Shown in pieces: positions 37,481-47,338 of a DNA stretch of 64,000 nucleotides (positions are counted from its first letter, which is position 1; every line of letters starts with the position of its first letter). The notes beneath the pieces are model-generated. The model worked only from the letters and a program-made list of their open reading frames with translations. It was not told where the DNA came from and made no database searches. The DNA lies in the NCBI GenBank assembly GCA_021815445.1, contig JAKAGM010000002.1, positions 225,345 to 289,344 of the forward strand, in the 5' to 3' direction. The stretch is from a bacterium (GTDB taxonomy: Bacteria > Patescibacteriota > Patescibacteriia > UBA10025). The translations under genes were made by a program, and so were the position numbers.

Positions 37481-38701
37481 CTAAATCTTTCTCACAATCC
37501 CTTTTGTAGCATCGACCTCCACTCGATCACCGTCCTTGAGCACCTTGGTCGCAATTTTTGTACCGACAATGCAGGGAGTCTTGAGTTCACGGGCCACAAT
37601 TGCCGCGTGCGCCGTCATACCGCCCTCGTCGGTAACAATAGCGGCGGCTTTGCGAATGGCTCCCATGAGCCAAATAGTGGTCATGGGGGAAATAAGTATA
37701 TCGCCTTTTTTCATTTTTTTCTGATCCGATCGAGTAACCACAATCTTCACCGTTCCCTCGACTTTGCCCGGGTGCGCTGTCGTGCCGGCTATATGGGAAG
37801 GATGTTCCACCTGAACGGGCTCCACGTGCAGCCGGAAATACTGTCGCGCATGTTTTCCGGAGAGGACTCGCCATTTCCCACGCAGCATCTCAATGATGAA
37901 AAAATCTTTTCTGCGTTCAATCTCCTGGGGAGACAATCTGTGGCCTTTGAAATATCGGCGCAGAGAAGCCACGTCGTACCAGATGAGGTCTTTGGAAGTT
38001 TCCCGGGGAAGGAGGACATGGAGCTGGGAGATGAGCAGGGTATAGATCTGATCAGCGATCCGTTCCCCCGCCTCGTAAAAATAAGTAAACCATCGGAGGA
38101 TTTCGACAGCCTCCCTGGCGGTACCGGTGAGCTTCAATCTCCGCATAAGTCGCGTATACTCGCGTTCGGCAGCTTGATGGGTGGTGCGTATCTTTTGAAG
38201 TATCCCCGCTACCGGCTGTGGGGCAGAGAGTACCGAGAGAGCGTGGTCAACCTTGTTTGCAGGCAGTTTCCTCGCAAGGGCCGCCCGTACCTGGCGTGAG
38301 ATGGAAGGTTCACCCCAATATCCATAGAAGATTGCCCCGCGAGCGTGGGAGAGGTGCGTGAGGTATATTGAGAACGTTTTTGCAAAGTTTTTCGGCGTCA
38401 ATCGGTGTGAACGCTGGATCCGGGTCCACCGGTGCGCCGCCTCGAGGTATTGTACAATTTGCCTGGCCATGCGTTGTATTCGCACGCCAGAAAATTCCTT
38501 CGCGATAATTGCGCGCTGCCGTGCGTAATCATCCTGCAAGTAGTACAGCGAGGTAATATTCCCCTCGCCGACAATGAGCGTGTTTGAAATGGAGGCCTTG
38601 CCAATTTCTCGGATGCTTCGATGGTACGATAACACACGCAATGATCTATCAAGCAGGGTGTTTTCACGTGTGAGTTGTTTAACCCAACGCACCTTTTTCA
38701 T
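37481..38701 (-). CDS. PEP-utilizer swivel-domain paralog 3 (406 aa)
   Basis: C-terminal TAHPGKVEGTV..DEGGMTAHAAIVARELKTPCIVGTKIATKVLKDGDRVEVDATKGIVRKI. Confidence 0.7.
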   Translation of the reverse strand: MKKVRWVKQLTRENTLLDRSLRVLSYHRSIREIGKASISNTLIVGEGNITSLYYLQDDYARQRAIIAKEFSGVRIQRMARQIVQYLEAAHRWTRIQRSHRLTPKNFAKTFSIYLTHLSHARGAIFYGYWGEPSISRQVRAALARKLPANKVDHALSVLSAPQPVAGILQKIRTTHQAAEREYTRLMRRLKLTGTAREAVEILRWFTYFYEAGERIADQIYTLLISQLHVLLPRETSKDLIWYDVASLRRYFKGHRLSPQEIERRKDFFIIEMLRGKWRVLSGKHARQYFRLHVEPVQVEHPSHIAGTTAHPGKVEGTVKIVVTRSDQKKMKKGDILISPMTTIWLMGAIRKAAAIVTDEGGMTAHAAIVARELKTPCIVGTKIATKVLKDGDRVEVDATKGIVRKI

Positions 38702-40317
38702 GGTAGTTTTTTCACGATTCCTTTCGTTGCATCAACCTCCACACGGTCGCCATTTTTAAAAATGTCCGTTGCAACTTTCGTACCGATTACGCAAGGGATC
38801 TTAAACTCGCGCGAAACCACTGCGGCATGAGAAGTAATGCCTCCCTCGTTTGTCACAATTGCTCCCGCTTTACGACAGGCGGCAATAATTTCGGGACGCG
38901 TCTGCCCAGCGACTAGTACTTGCCCTTTTCGCATAGCGGCAATCTGTGGAAGGAGGGGCAGATCGTAGGTGAGTACTTTTACCCGGCCAACAAATTTACC
39001 GGGCGAGCCGACTTCGCCGTGTACTTCGTTTGACTGGTGAGCCTGCGTATGAGACTGGACGAACCGGGCGAGCCTCGTCGCCGCTCTCCCTGTGGACAAA
39101 TACAGCCGATAATCACGCATGTGGATAACATACAACGATCTACGCATTCTGATACTTTGAATGTCGGGCCTTTTCTTTTTTTGCAAAAACTGAAGCAATT
39201 CGGTTGTAAGACAGTAATGGGCATCTTCCGCCTGCAGGCCGACTCGTCGTCCGATTTCCGCATAGAGCGGCAAACTATAGTACATTCCCCGCGTCCATGT
39301 GAAACGAATCACAAAACGCAAATGAGCGTACTCCTGGAGCATGCGAAAAAGCCAGCGGTAGTGGAGAGGCAGAGGATATCGTTTTAAAAGCCGCGCATTT
39401 TCACGCTTTGTCCGAGTTTGAGCTACGCGTGTTTGACGGAGCTTTGCACTGAGCTCTGTTGTCGGTAGCCGAAGCAACGCGATGCACTTGTCCGCAACAT
39501 CATCCATCGAGTAGTCAATCAGGTTGCTATCGGCATTAATCCATGCAAACCGCTTTTGATGCCTGTTCAGAGCTTGATAAATCGTGGGAGCCACGCATTT
39601 CAGCATTTGCAAAAAACTCCCACTTTTTACACTCTTTAGCAGCTTGCGGGATCCAGAGAGTCGTCGCATCTTTATTACGAGCGCGATGAGCCCCGCATCT
39701 TCATCCTGAAACTCGAAACGCTTCACCGGCCGGGAAAGAAGCCGCAGGATCTCTTCACGTTTTTCGGCCTTCGCAATATTGACTCGTAAATAGGAACGAA
39801 TGTGTTCTTCGACCTTGCTAAAGTACCAGGGAGCTGTGGTTTGAAAACGTCCATAAACCTCTGTCAGGGCAGCGAAATAACGCTTGGCAAATGAATGTAA
39901 TGCCGTCGTGCTAAGTTCAGCCAGATTTGTTCTTTGTGCCGTGTGGATCATCGCTGCCATCTGATCCAAGACAATTCGCGTATCTCGGATGTCGGAGCTT
40001 ACAAAGCGGCGATTTGTGAAATTCCGGAACCCTGCCGACGGCATCACTTCAAGATCCTGCTCGTTCATGTACGCTTGGATTTTGTTTTTCTTCACTATGA
40101 AGTAAAAATCACGCGAGCCCGCCCCATGGATGCGTTTGTTCCATAACGTATTGCCCCACGCGGCGATCTCCGTGCGAATTATGTAATTTCGAACTTCGAA
40201 CAGCCTTTTATACAGCTGTTTCGACATATTAGACTGTCTCGATTTTTTTAGATCCTGTAGACGTATTCTCGACTCGCATACCAGATAGCGTTCCCGGGCG
40301 GGTAGCGATGCGCGCAA
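38698..40317 (-). CDS. PEP-utilizer swivel-domain paralog 4 (539 aa)
   Basis: C-terminal GSPGKFVGRV..NEGGITSHAAVVSREFKIPCVIGTKVATDIFKNGDRVEVDATKGIVKKL. Confidence 0.7.
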   Translation of the reverse strand: MRASLPARERYLVCESRIRLQDLKKSRQSNMSKQLYKRLFEVRNYIIRTEIAAWGNTLWNKRIHGAGSRDFYFIVKKNKIQAYMNEQDLEVMPSAGFRNFTNRRFVSSDIRDTRIVLDQMAAMIHTAQRTNLAELSTTALHSFAKRYFAALTEVYGRFQTTAPWYFSKVEEHIRSYLRVNIAKAEKREEILRLLSRPVKRFEFQDEDAGLIALVIKMRRLSGSRKLLKSVKSGSFLQMLKCVAPTIYQALNRHQKRFAWINADSNLIDYSMDDVADKCIALLRLPTTELSAKLRQTRVAQTRTKRENARLLKRYPLPLHYRWLFRMLQEYAHLRFVIRFTWTRGMYYSLPLYAEIGRRVGLQAEDAHYCLTTELLQFLQKKKRPDIQSIRMRRSLYVIHMRDYRLYLSTGRAATRLARFVQSHTQAHQSNEVHGEVGSPGKFVGRVKVLTYDLPLLPQIAAMRKGQVLVAGQTRPEIIAACRKAGAIVTNEGGITSHAAVVSREFKIPCVIGTKVATDIFKNGDRVEVDATKGIVKKLP

Positions 40318-40939
40318 AGTCAGCGCGTGCTAACTCGAGGATTTGATTGTCACCGAGTTGTTCGCCCTCATGCTGCATTGCCATGTCGATGAAACGGGAA
40401 AACATGCCGTGAGTAACAAATGCGGGATTCGCACGCGTCTGTGTCCGAATACGCCGCATAAACTTGAGGAAACGTTCAGCGCGCCGGTACACATCGACAA
40501 TACTTTCGTCCACGATTTTCCCGTTAAAAAGATTCTCCGTGAACATCCGGCGAACTGCCTGCCAATCAGGAGCCGCGTCGTACATCTCGCGGCTAATGCC
40601 GTCCATAGATGGATGTACTTCATGGAGCAGGTCTGTAGGTCGCAAATCAGCTGAGAGATGAGCCTCCTCGGCCAAAAGCTCCGCGGTTTGTTTCCCCCTC
40701 AAGGCAGTCGAGTGCATGATGACATTAATATCGTTCGTTTTAATTTCTCCTCGTGACAGCTTATCTTGCAAAATTTGTCGACTCGCTTCTACATCGATCG
40801 GCGGATCAATCGTTCCCTCGATATGCTGGACAGCCACCTCGTAAGGGGGTTTCTGATTCCGTTCGATCATCGCACTCAAATTCTCGATCATGCCATGACG
40901 AAGGATGTCGGCTTGCAGGGATTCACGTTCGTTTCTCAT
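40229..40939 (-). CDS. Histidine phosphatase superfamily (PGAM-like) protein
   Basis: ILRHGMIEN N-terminal catalytic motif, FVTHGMF second His motif; ORF 3' end overlaps paralog 4 start region. Confidence 0.55.
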   Translation of the reverse strand: MRNERESLQADILRHGMIENLSAMIERNQKPPYEVAVQHIEGTIDPPIDVEASRQILQDKLSRGEIKTNDINVIMHSTALRGKQTAELLAEEAHLSADLRPTDLLHEVHPSMDGISREMYDAAPDWQAVRRMFTENLFNGKIVDESIVDVYRRAERFLKFMRRIRTQTRANPAFVTHGMFSRFIDMAMQHEGEQLGDNQILELARADFARIATRPGTLSGMRVENTSTGSKKIETV

Positions 40940-40953
40940 AGATAATAGATAGT

Positions 40954-41946
40954 TTAGTTAGCCCTCCGTGCCGTGGCTCGTCTTTTTACTATACCATTAA
41001 AACCGCTGCTGTTCACAGTTTGCATGTAGCGGATGACTAGCGGAAAAAATTGCTCATGCAAACCCCTTGTTACAGCAAGTGAGATTACCCGTCTGGTATA
41101 CAGAAAGTAACATAAGAGCAGGTGACAACTCACTGCATTCACGAATCCTCGCTGTAGAAGTAACCGCTCACGCAGCGTCAATGGTCGGTACCGTTCATAC
41201 CCGGCCAGTAATGCTTTGATACGGGCAGGAACAATTTTACCATGGTGTGAACATTGGCGCTGAAGCGCCTTGCCAATCTCGAGTATATACGGACCGATGT
41301 GAGCGAAGTCAAAGTCAATAAGTCCCACCAGCCGATTACCCCGCACTAAAATATTGAGCGGTTTAGGATCAAGATGGATAGGCCCGTGGGGCAGATCAGT
41401 AGGCAACGTGCTTAATTGCGCAGCTGATCGGACTGCTAGGTACTGTTGTCGCAAATCACTGGGCAACTTCGGATACACTGTCCGGTTAAACCAGCGAATC
41501 TTTTTCGGCGTAAAAAGATGCGTCAGAGGTTCGCGGTTAGAACGGAAAGTAAACGAGCGGCCAAGACGATGCATGCGCCCGAGGAGACCGCCGAGCTGGC
41601 GCAGCAACGACAGCGACAGCGTTTGTTGGTGATGGCCAACAATATACCTAAACACGATATACGACGAACCCTGATGCCGGAGGATAGCTTGCCGGTTTGG
41701 CAAGTGAACCACCCGGGGCACCGGTAAAGGCTTGAGGTGGTCGAGGAGTCGCACTTCAAAGGCCAGTTTCCTAGATTCTCGTAGACAGCGACGAACCACA
41801 AAATGACCTTTAGGTGTCACAATCATCCAGCTGTCATTGATAAACCCCTTCTTTAAACTACGATGCGACAGCACGAGTTCGAGCCCATACTGAGATGCAA
41901 TGAATTGAAGGAGTTGCCGAGTTTTTTGTCTATTGAATGTTTCCAT
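40954..41946 (-). CDS. APH/HSK2-like phosphotransferase (protein-kinase-like fold small-molecule kinase)
   Basis: HGPIHLDPKPLNILV catalytic loop and LIDFDFAHIG (DFD) motif. Confidence 0.6.
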   Translation of the reverse strand: METFNRQKTRQLLQFIASQYGLELVLSHRSLKKGFINDSWMIVTPKGHFVVRRCLRESRKLAFEVRLLDHLKPLPVPRVVHLPNRQAILRHQGSSYIVFRYIVGHHQQTLSLSLLRQLGGLLGRMHRLGRSFTFRSNREPLTHLFTPKKIRWFNRTVYPKLPSDLRQQYLAVRSAAQLSTLPTDLPHGPIHLDPKPLNILVRGNRLVGLIDFDFAHIGPYILEIGKALQRQCSHHGKIVPARIKALLAGYERYRPLTLRERLLLQRGFVNAVSCHLLLCYFLYTRRVISLAVTRGLHEQFFPLVIRYMQTVNSSGFNGIVKRRATARRAN

Positions 41947-41956
41947 ACATGAACGA

Positions 41957-43027
41957 CTACAGTTTTTTAATCACTCCTTTTGTTGCATCCACTTCTACTC
42001 GGTCACCATCTTTAAGCACCTTTGTCGCAATTTTGGTGCCGACGACGCAAGGTATTCGCAATTCCCTAGAGACTATAGCCGCATGGCAGGTGATACCTCC
42101 TTCATCGGTAATGATAGCGCGCGCTTTTCGAATAGCAACAATACAATCCGGATCAGTCATCTGGGTCACGAGAATTTCTCCGGCTCGGAACGCGCCAACC
42201 TCTTTTTCTGAAAAAATGAGTCTCACTTTGCCCCGCAGAGGTTTGGCACGATAGGAAGGTGTCCCATGTATACCTTTACCCGTCCCTGAGGGTTCCGTAA
42301 AAAAGTAGCCATGCTTTTGGAAAAGACTAGGCATATCCCTTGTAAAAACAAGTTTTCCGTCGATGAGCACGTACCCATGTCGCCGGCGAGCGATAGCAGG
42401 GGCCGAGGGAATGATGTTTGACTTTAGCAAAGCTTCCACCTCACTTTGTAACAACAATGCTGGATCCCGGCTGATTCCGAGCTCCTTCAGCCGCAGAAGC
42501 GTGCATGCTTTGACGAAGTTTGAAAACTCTTTCATGAGCCCCTCAGAATATACCCTATTCACATACAATCTCCGGAGGACTGGGTTCGCTTTTTTTCCAT
42601 AAGTTGACTTGTATACGTCTGCCCACGGTCCGGGAAGAAAGAGAGACAGCGTATACCAAAGGTAAATATTCTCGAGAATTCCGCGCACCTGAGAATATGT
42701 TTTCCACAGGTCGTTATCTTTCAATTTCCTCCCCATGAGTTTCCGCATTCTTCGTACTTGTTTCCGGAAGCTTTGACTGGCTGCTGCGGCATAGAGACGG
42801 TGATCAGGGGGAATAGACACCACTCTTTTTTTCATTTCCTCGACATTTTTAAGCAAACGAAAAAATCTCTGACTTCTGCCGTCATATGCGGCAATTTGGT
42901 CTTTAAAATGAACGTGCAGAGACCTATTAAGAACACCGAGTATCAAAACTTTACGCCAGTAGTCGGCGAGAAAGAGTCTGTATGGCCGGGTAAAGGTTAG
43001 TGTGAGTTCGAGAGGTCGGGGTGGCAT
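41957..43027 (-). CDS. PEP-utilizer swivel-domain paralog 5 (356 aa)
   Basis: C-terminal DEGGITCHAAIVSRELRIPCVVGTKIATKVLKDGDRVEVDATKGVIKKL. Confidence 0.7.
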   Translation of the reverse strand: MPPRPLELTLTFTRPYRLFLADYWRKVLILGVLNRSLHVHFKDQIAAYDGRSQRFFRLLKNVEEMKKRVVSIPPDHRLYAAAASQSFRKQVRRMRKLMGRKLKDNDLWKTYSQVRGILENIYLWYTLSLFLPGPWADVYKSTYGKKANPVLRRLYVNRVYSEGLMKEFSNFVKACTLLRLKELGISRDPALLLQSEVEALLKSNIIPSAPAIARRRHGYVLIDGKLVFTRDMPSLFQKHGYFFTEPSGTGKGIHGTPSYRAKPLRGKVRLIFSEKEVGAFRAGEILVTQMTDPDCIVAIRKARAIITDEGGITCHAAIVSRELRIPCVVGTKIATKVLKDGDRVEVDATKGVIKKL

Positions 43028-43054
43028 ACCTTGTACTATTAAACTTCAAGCCTT

Positions 43055-44272
43055 TCAGCGTTTTTTTGCCTGCCCATATTTCTTTTGATAGGCCTCGATT
43101 CCCGCACGAAGAATTTCCATGGCCCGCTTAATCCTCTTGACGCTCAGCACGTATGCGATCCTGACTTCGTTTTTTCCTTTATTCTTCGTGGCATAAAAAC
43201 CTGCCGCGGGAGCGAGCATGACCGTCCTTCCGCTTACTTGGAAGCTCGTGAGCATCCATCTGCAAAAATGTTCTGCATCACGCACGGGGAGCGCCGTGAT
43301 GATGTAAAACGCTCCTTCGGGAGAATACAACCCCGTCCCCGGTATTTCTTGAAGTTCTTTAACTATGGTATCTCTGCGTTTACGGTATTCTCTGACTATG
43401 GGTTTGATGAACCGGGACGCGTTTTTTAATAAAGGAATAACGGCAAGCTGGCCCAGCGACGGCGATGACAGGCGGCTCTGGGCGAATTTTTCCGCACTTT
43501 CCATTACCCGTTTGTTCCTACTTGCCAGGCAACCGATTCGCGCGCCGCACAGGTTGAAGCGCTTGGAAACGCTGTCGACAAGAACCACCCTATCATGCAA
43601 CGCAGGAAAGCTCATGAAACTCGCGGCTTTTTGCTTTTGAAAAACAATCTCGCGGTACGTTTCGTCGGTGATGATAAAAAGTTTGTGGCGGAGGGCCAAT
43701 GCGGCAATGACCTGGAGCTCGCGGCGGGTAAAGACAGTCCCCGTCGGGTTTGAAGGGTTGCAGAGGATAATCGCCTTTGTCCTGCCGGAAATAGCTTTTT
43801 CTATATCCCGCGTCGGCGGCAGGTGGAAACCGTTCGAGGCGTGCAGCGTGACCGGAGTAAAAGATACGCCTGCGATGCGCCCAAAGGCCAGATAATTCGT
43901 GTACAGAGGTTCAAAAACGACAACCTTGTCACCGGGGTCTGTCACGCTGAGCAATGCAAAAAGTATGGCTTCACTGCCGCCGGTTGTGAGCATAAGGTCT
44001 TCTTCTTTTAACCTGATGCCGAGAGAACGGTAATATGATTGCCATGCGCGTATGACGTGGTGGTACCCTTTTGAAGGGGCATACGAGAGTGTCCCGTGAT
44101 CATATTTTTTCATCTCATCAAAGAATCGTTGAGGAGTGGGAAAGTCGGGCTGGCCAATGTTAAGATGGTACACCGATACGCCCCGTTTCTCCGCTGCATT
44201 TGCAAGCCCCTGGAGCTTGCGGATCGGGGAACTGGGTGTTAATCGGGCCCGTCGTGAAATCGATGGTTCCAT
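43055..44272 (-). CDS. Class I/II PLP-dependent aminotransferase
   Basis: Fold-type I pattern with PLP lysine in SVSKRFNLCGARIG; 405 aa. Confidence 0.7.
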   Translation of the reverse strand: MEPSISRRARLTPSSPIRKLQGLANAAEKRGVSVYHLNIGQPDFPTPQRFFDEMKKYDHGTLSYAPSKGYHHVIRAWQSYYRSLGIRLKEEDLMLTTGGSEAILFALLSVTDPGDKVVVFEPLYTNYLAFGRIAGVSFTPVTLHASNGFHLPPTRDIEKAISGRTKAIILCNPSNPTGTVFTRRELQVIAALALRHKLFIITDETYREIVFQKQKAASFMSFPALHDRVVLVDSVSKRFNLCGARIGCLASRNKRVMESAEKFAQSRLSSPSLGQLAVIPLLKNASRFIKPIVREYRKRRDTIVKELQEIPGTGLYSPEGAFYIITALPVRDAEHFCRWMLTSFQVSGRTVMLAPAAGFYATKNKGKNEVRIAYVLSVKRIKRAMEILRAGIEAYQKKYGQAKKR

Positions 44273-44276
44273 ACAG

Positions 44277-45896
44277 TTATCCTTTCAATTTCCTTATTAT
44301 ACCCTGTCGGGCGTCTACAATTATAGTGTCACCGTCTTTTAATACCTTTGTCGCGTACTCTGTGCCTATAATGCACGGCTTTTTCATCTCCCTCGCGACA
44401 ATTGCCGCATGGCTCGTGATGCCTCCGGCGTCAGTCACAAAGGCCGCCGCACGGTTCATGGCGGGTAAAAGGTCGGGGTTTGTCGCAATAGCCACCATAA
44501 TGTCGCCGTACTTTACCTTACGGATGTCTTTGGCTGATTCGACGATGGCTACGCGTCCGCGAACGATGCCGGGATAAGCTGTCTGGCCTTCGATATGGGA
44601 AGCATCGCCGATTGTTTTTTGCTCGACCATCCCGAGAAACTTCCGTCGGGCAGCGCGACCGGACCAGATGCGTTTTTTACCTCGGATGCACAGCCAAAAT
44701 AGCTCGCGTGACCGTCGCTTCAATTTTATCGGATCCAACCGTTTCCCGGTTCTCAGCATGCGGATTACTTCCTCAGGATCAGCGTGGTGGAGAAGTTTCC
44801 ACGGGATTCCAAAACGCCGCCCGACCTCCCTGAGCAGCTTGTCCAAGATGAAGTTTGCGCGACAGCGAACCTCAGCGCGATATGCCTTCAAATACCAAAA
44901 CTCCTGCGCCACGGTAATGATAAATTTTTCCTGCCTTGAGAATTTTAGACTTCGTACGACACGGCGCTGTTCTTTGGCCGTGACGGCGAGCTCACCCTTG
45001 AACTGGCGCGCGGCCAGAGCAGGCCGCTTCGCAGATATCAGAAAGTGACCGATGCGATCGACAAGCACTTCAGTATTCCACGCAGGTCCCTGGTAGTTGT
45101 AGGGGAGCCAGGCGTATTTTTTGAGATGCGCGCCCAGTTTTTTTTCAATCGAGGGCATCCGCTTCATCACCCGTTCAACCGCCCCGGCAGTCGGTCGGAC
45201 ACCTTTTAATTTCCCGGAAATCTCAAGCGCGATCTCATACAATCGCATCTGCTCTTCGCGATTGATGGTCATTCGAGTCGATACCATCAGGAGATTCATT
45301 AATTCCGGAACGCGCGCCTCGTGTAGGTGCGATCGGAGAAGCGTCAGCATTCGCCTGGTAAACAGCGAATGGCCGATATCGCTGGCGGGCGGGATAAGGC
45401 CGATGTCCGAAATGCGGTAGGCAAGATTTCGAAGCTCAACAAATGAATGTCGGATACTCTCAGGAGAAATCATGCCAAACGATTGGCGGGAGAGCAGGTC
45501 GCAGAGGACAAACGTTTTGGTCCCGTACTCAATTGTTTTGGTCTTTAACGTCTTAATATCAAATGTGCCGTGCCCGATCCTCGACATGATTGACGTTCCG
45601 GCGGCGTCCCACATCTTTTTAGGCACGCCCCAATATCCGTGATCGCCCTTCAGGTAAATGTACATAGTATCTACCTTTGCCCCGGCAAGCGCCCTGTGGC
45701 GACCCAGGAGGAAACCATTTACTATCAGCGACCACATTAAGAGGTTTGCGCCGGTTTCTTCTATATAGATGGGCATGCGTTCTCTCATAGTTTCTTTACT
45801 ATTCCTTTTGTCGCGTGAGATCCTTCTCCGCCTCTGGCGGATCAGGATGGACTTGGCACGATTGAGTATTTCCAAATTAACGTAGCAATTCTTCAT
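44277..45896 (-). CDS. PEP-utilizer swivel-domain paralog 6 (539 aa)
   Basis: C-terminal TAYPGIVRGRV..DAGGITSHAAIVAREMKKPCIIGTEYATKVLKDGDTIIVDARQGIIRKL. Confidence 0.7.
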   Translation of the reverse strand: MKNCYVNLEILNRAKSILIRQRRRRISRDKRNSKETMRERMPIYIEETGANLLMWSLIVNGFLLGRHRALAGAKVDTMYIYLKGDHGYWGVPKKMWDAAGTSIMSRIGHGTFDIKTLKTKTIEYGTKTFVLCDLLSRQSFGMISPESIRHSFVELRNLAYRISDIGLIPPASDIGHSLFTRRMLTLLRSHLHEARVPELMNLLMVSTRMTINREEQMRLYEIALEISGKLKGVRPTAGAVERVMKRMPSIEKKLGAHLKKYAWLPYNYQGPAWNTEVLVDRIGHFLISAKRPALAARQFKGELAVTAKEQRRVVRSLKFSRQEKFIITVAQEFWYLKAYRAEVRCRANFILDKLLREVGRRFGIPWKLLHHADPEEVIRMLRTGKRLDPIKLKRRSRELFWLCIRGKKRIWSGRAARRKFLGMVEQKTIGDASHIEGQTAYPGIVRGRVAIVESAKDIRKVKYGDIMVAIATNPDLLPAMNRAAAFVTDAGGITSHAAIVAREMKKPCIIGTEYATKVLKDGDTIIVDARQGIIRKLKG

Positions 45897-47338
45897 AACT
45901 TTCTCACAACTCCTTTACTAGCGTCCACTTCAACTCTGTCTCCATTCTTCAAGGCCTTTGTCGCAATCTTTGTTCCGATGATGCAGGGCTTTTTCATTTC
46001 ACGAGCAACTATGGCCGCATGGGAGGTAATGCCTCCCTCGTCAGTGATAAACGCAGACGCGAGCTTCATGGCAGGAACGTATTCAGGCTTAGTGCTCGTC
46101 GCGACCAAGACTTCCCCTTTTTGGAAAGAGCGCAAATTATCGACTACATTATCAAGCCGTATGATTCGCACAGTTCCTCGAACATGTCCGGGGTAAGCGG
46201 TGGCCCCTTCTATGCTATCTGACAGTAGATGCGTTTTTTGCTCGAGGTTTTGTTCACGAAGAATTTTTCTGATACTCTCCCGTGAAGTGATAACCTCCTG
46301 TTTGCCGCTGATATAGATGTAGAGGTACTCTTTTTTTCGTTTTTGAACTTCAGATGCTTTAAGCGGCCTTCGAGATTTCAAAAACATTTCCATTTCAGGA
46401 ACCGTATACGTAAGAATATCATGTAAAGCAACACCGTATCGTCGGGAGATTTCGGCGTATAACGGAACACCGAGATAGTAGCCCTCTCCGCGATACACAT
46501 CCCTTGATTGACGAAGATAGCTATAGAGATTGACAAGGCGGGCAAGCCGACGATGTGTCACCGACAGGTCTTTGATCAACACGTTAAATGACCGACGATG
46601 CAATTGAGTTTGTTTTTCATGTTTCGCGAGTCGCTTCCTCCAGTGTGTCCGCCTGGCTAACCGTGCCTGTTTCATAATATCAGCAATGGCGATGGGGTGA
46701 CTGTCAGTGAAGCGCATACCACTCCAGCGATACCTACGAAAAAATCGTTTTGCCGCCCGTTTAAGATCAGCTTCTCCGTATGCCGCAAGTTTGATGAGAT
46801 CAATTTCTTGTTGTAAGACCGGGGTCGGTCTTACTGGGGTTATGATTGCTTTCCATTCACGTTCGCGACTGGAGGCTGGGACATGAGCGAGAAGGATCTT
46901 CTGGGCGTAGGGAACGAGATGCGTCTCAATAATAGCCGGTGGCCATAAGATAGCGTTCATTTTTTGTATTGCATGCAGATAGGCCTCATATAATAGGAAA
47001 AGCTCGCGGTCAGTCACGCTGGTCCAACAAACTTGCTCAAAATGCTTGATCTCCTTGAGACCTTGCTTCGCGTACGCCACGATTCTCTCCTGGTGACTTT
47101 GAGTCCGTCGCATATCCCTGAGCGTTTCATCGAGGATTGCCTTCCCAAACTCTTGCCATTGTTTGCTGTCAATGTACCAGCTGCCGCTCATACCGCTGCC
47201 ATGCATGATGAAGTGGTCGAAGGTAACGGGGAAGAATTTTTTAATAACCCGCTCTACCCCCAGAAAGTATAAGTCAAGTTTATTAATACTAAATCTCCTC
47301 TGTAACCCTTCTCCCCATTGTATCTTTGGAATTTTCAT
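45893..47338 (-). CDS. PEP-utilizer swivel-domain paralog 7 (481 aa)
   Basis: C-terminal TAYPGHVRGTV..DEGGITSHAAIVAREMKKPCIIGTKIATKALKNGDRVEVDASKGVVRKL. Confidence 0.7.
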   Translation of the reverse strand: MKIPKIQWGEGLQRRFSINKLDLYFLGVERVIKKFFPVTFDHFIMHGSGMSGSWYIDSKQWQEFGKAILDETLRDMRRTQSHQERIVAYAKQGLKEIKHFEQVCWTSVTDRELFLLYEAYLHAIQKMNAILWPPAIIETHLVPYAQKILLAHVPASSREREWKAIITPVRPTPVLQQEIDLIKLAAYGEADLKRAAKRFFRRYRWSGMRFTDSHPIAIADIMKQARLARRTHWRKRLAKHEKQTQLHRRSFNVLIKDLSVTHRRLARLVNLYSYLRQSRDVYRGEGYYLGVPLYAEISRRYGVALHDILTYTVPEMEMFLKSRRPLKASEVQKRKKEYLYIYISGKQEVITSRESIRKILREQNLEQKTHLLSDSIEGATAYPGHVRGTVRIIRLDNVVDNLRSFQKGEVLVATSTKPEYVPAMKLASAFITDEGGITSHAAIVAREMKKPCIIGTKIATKALKNGDRVEVDASKGVVRKL

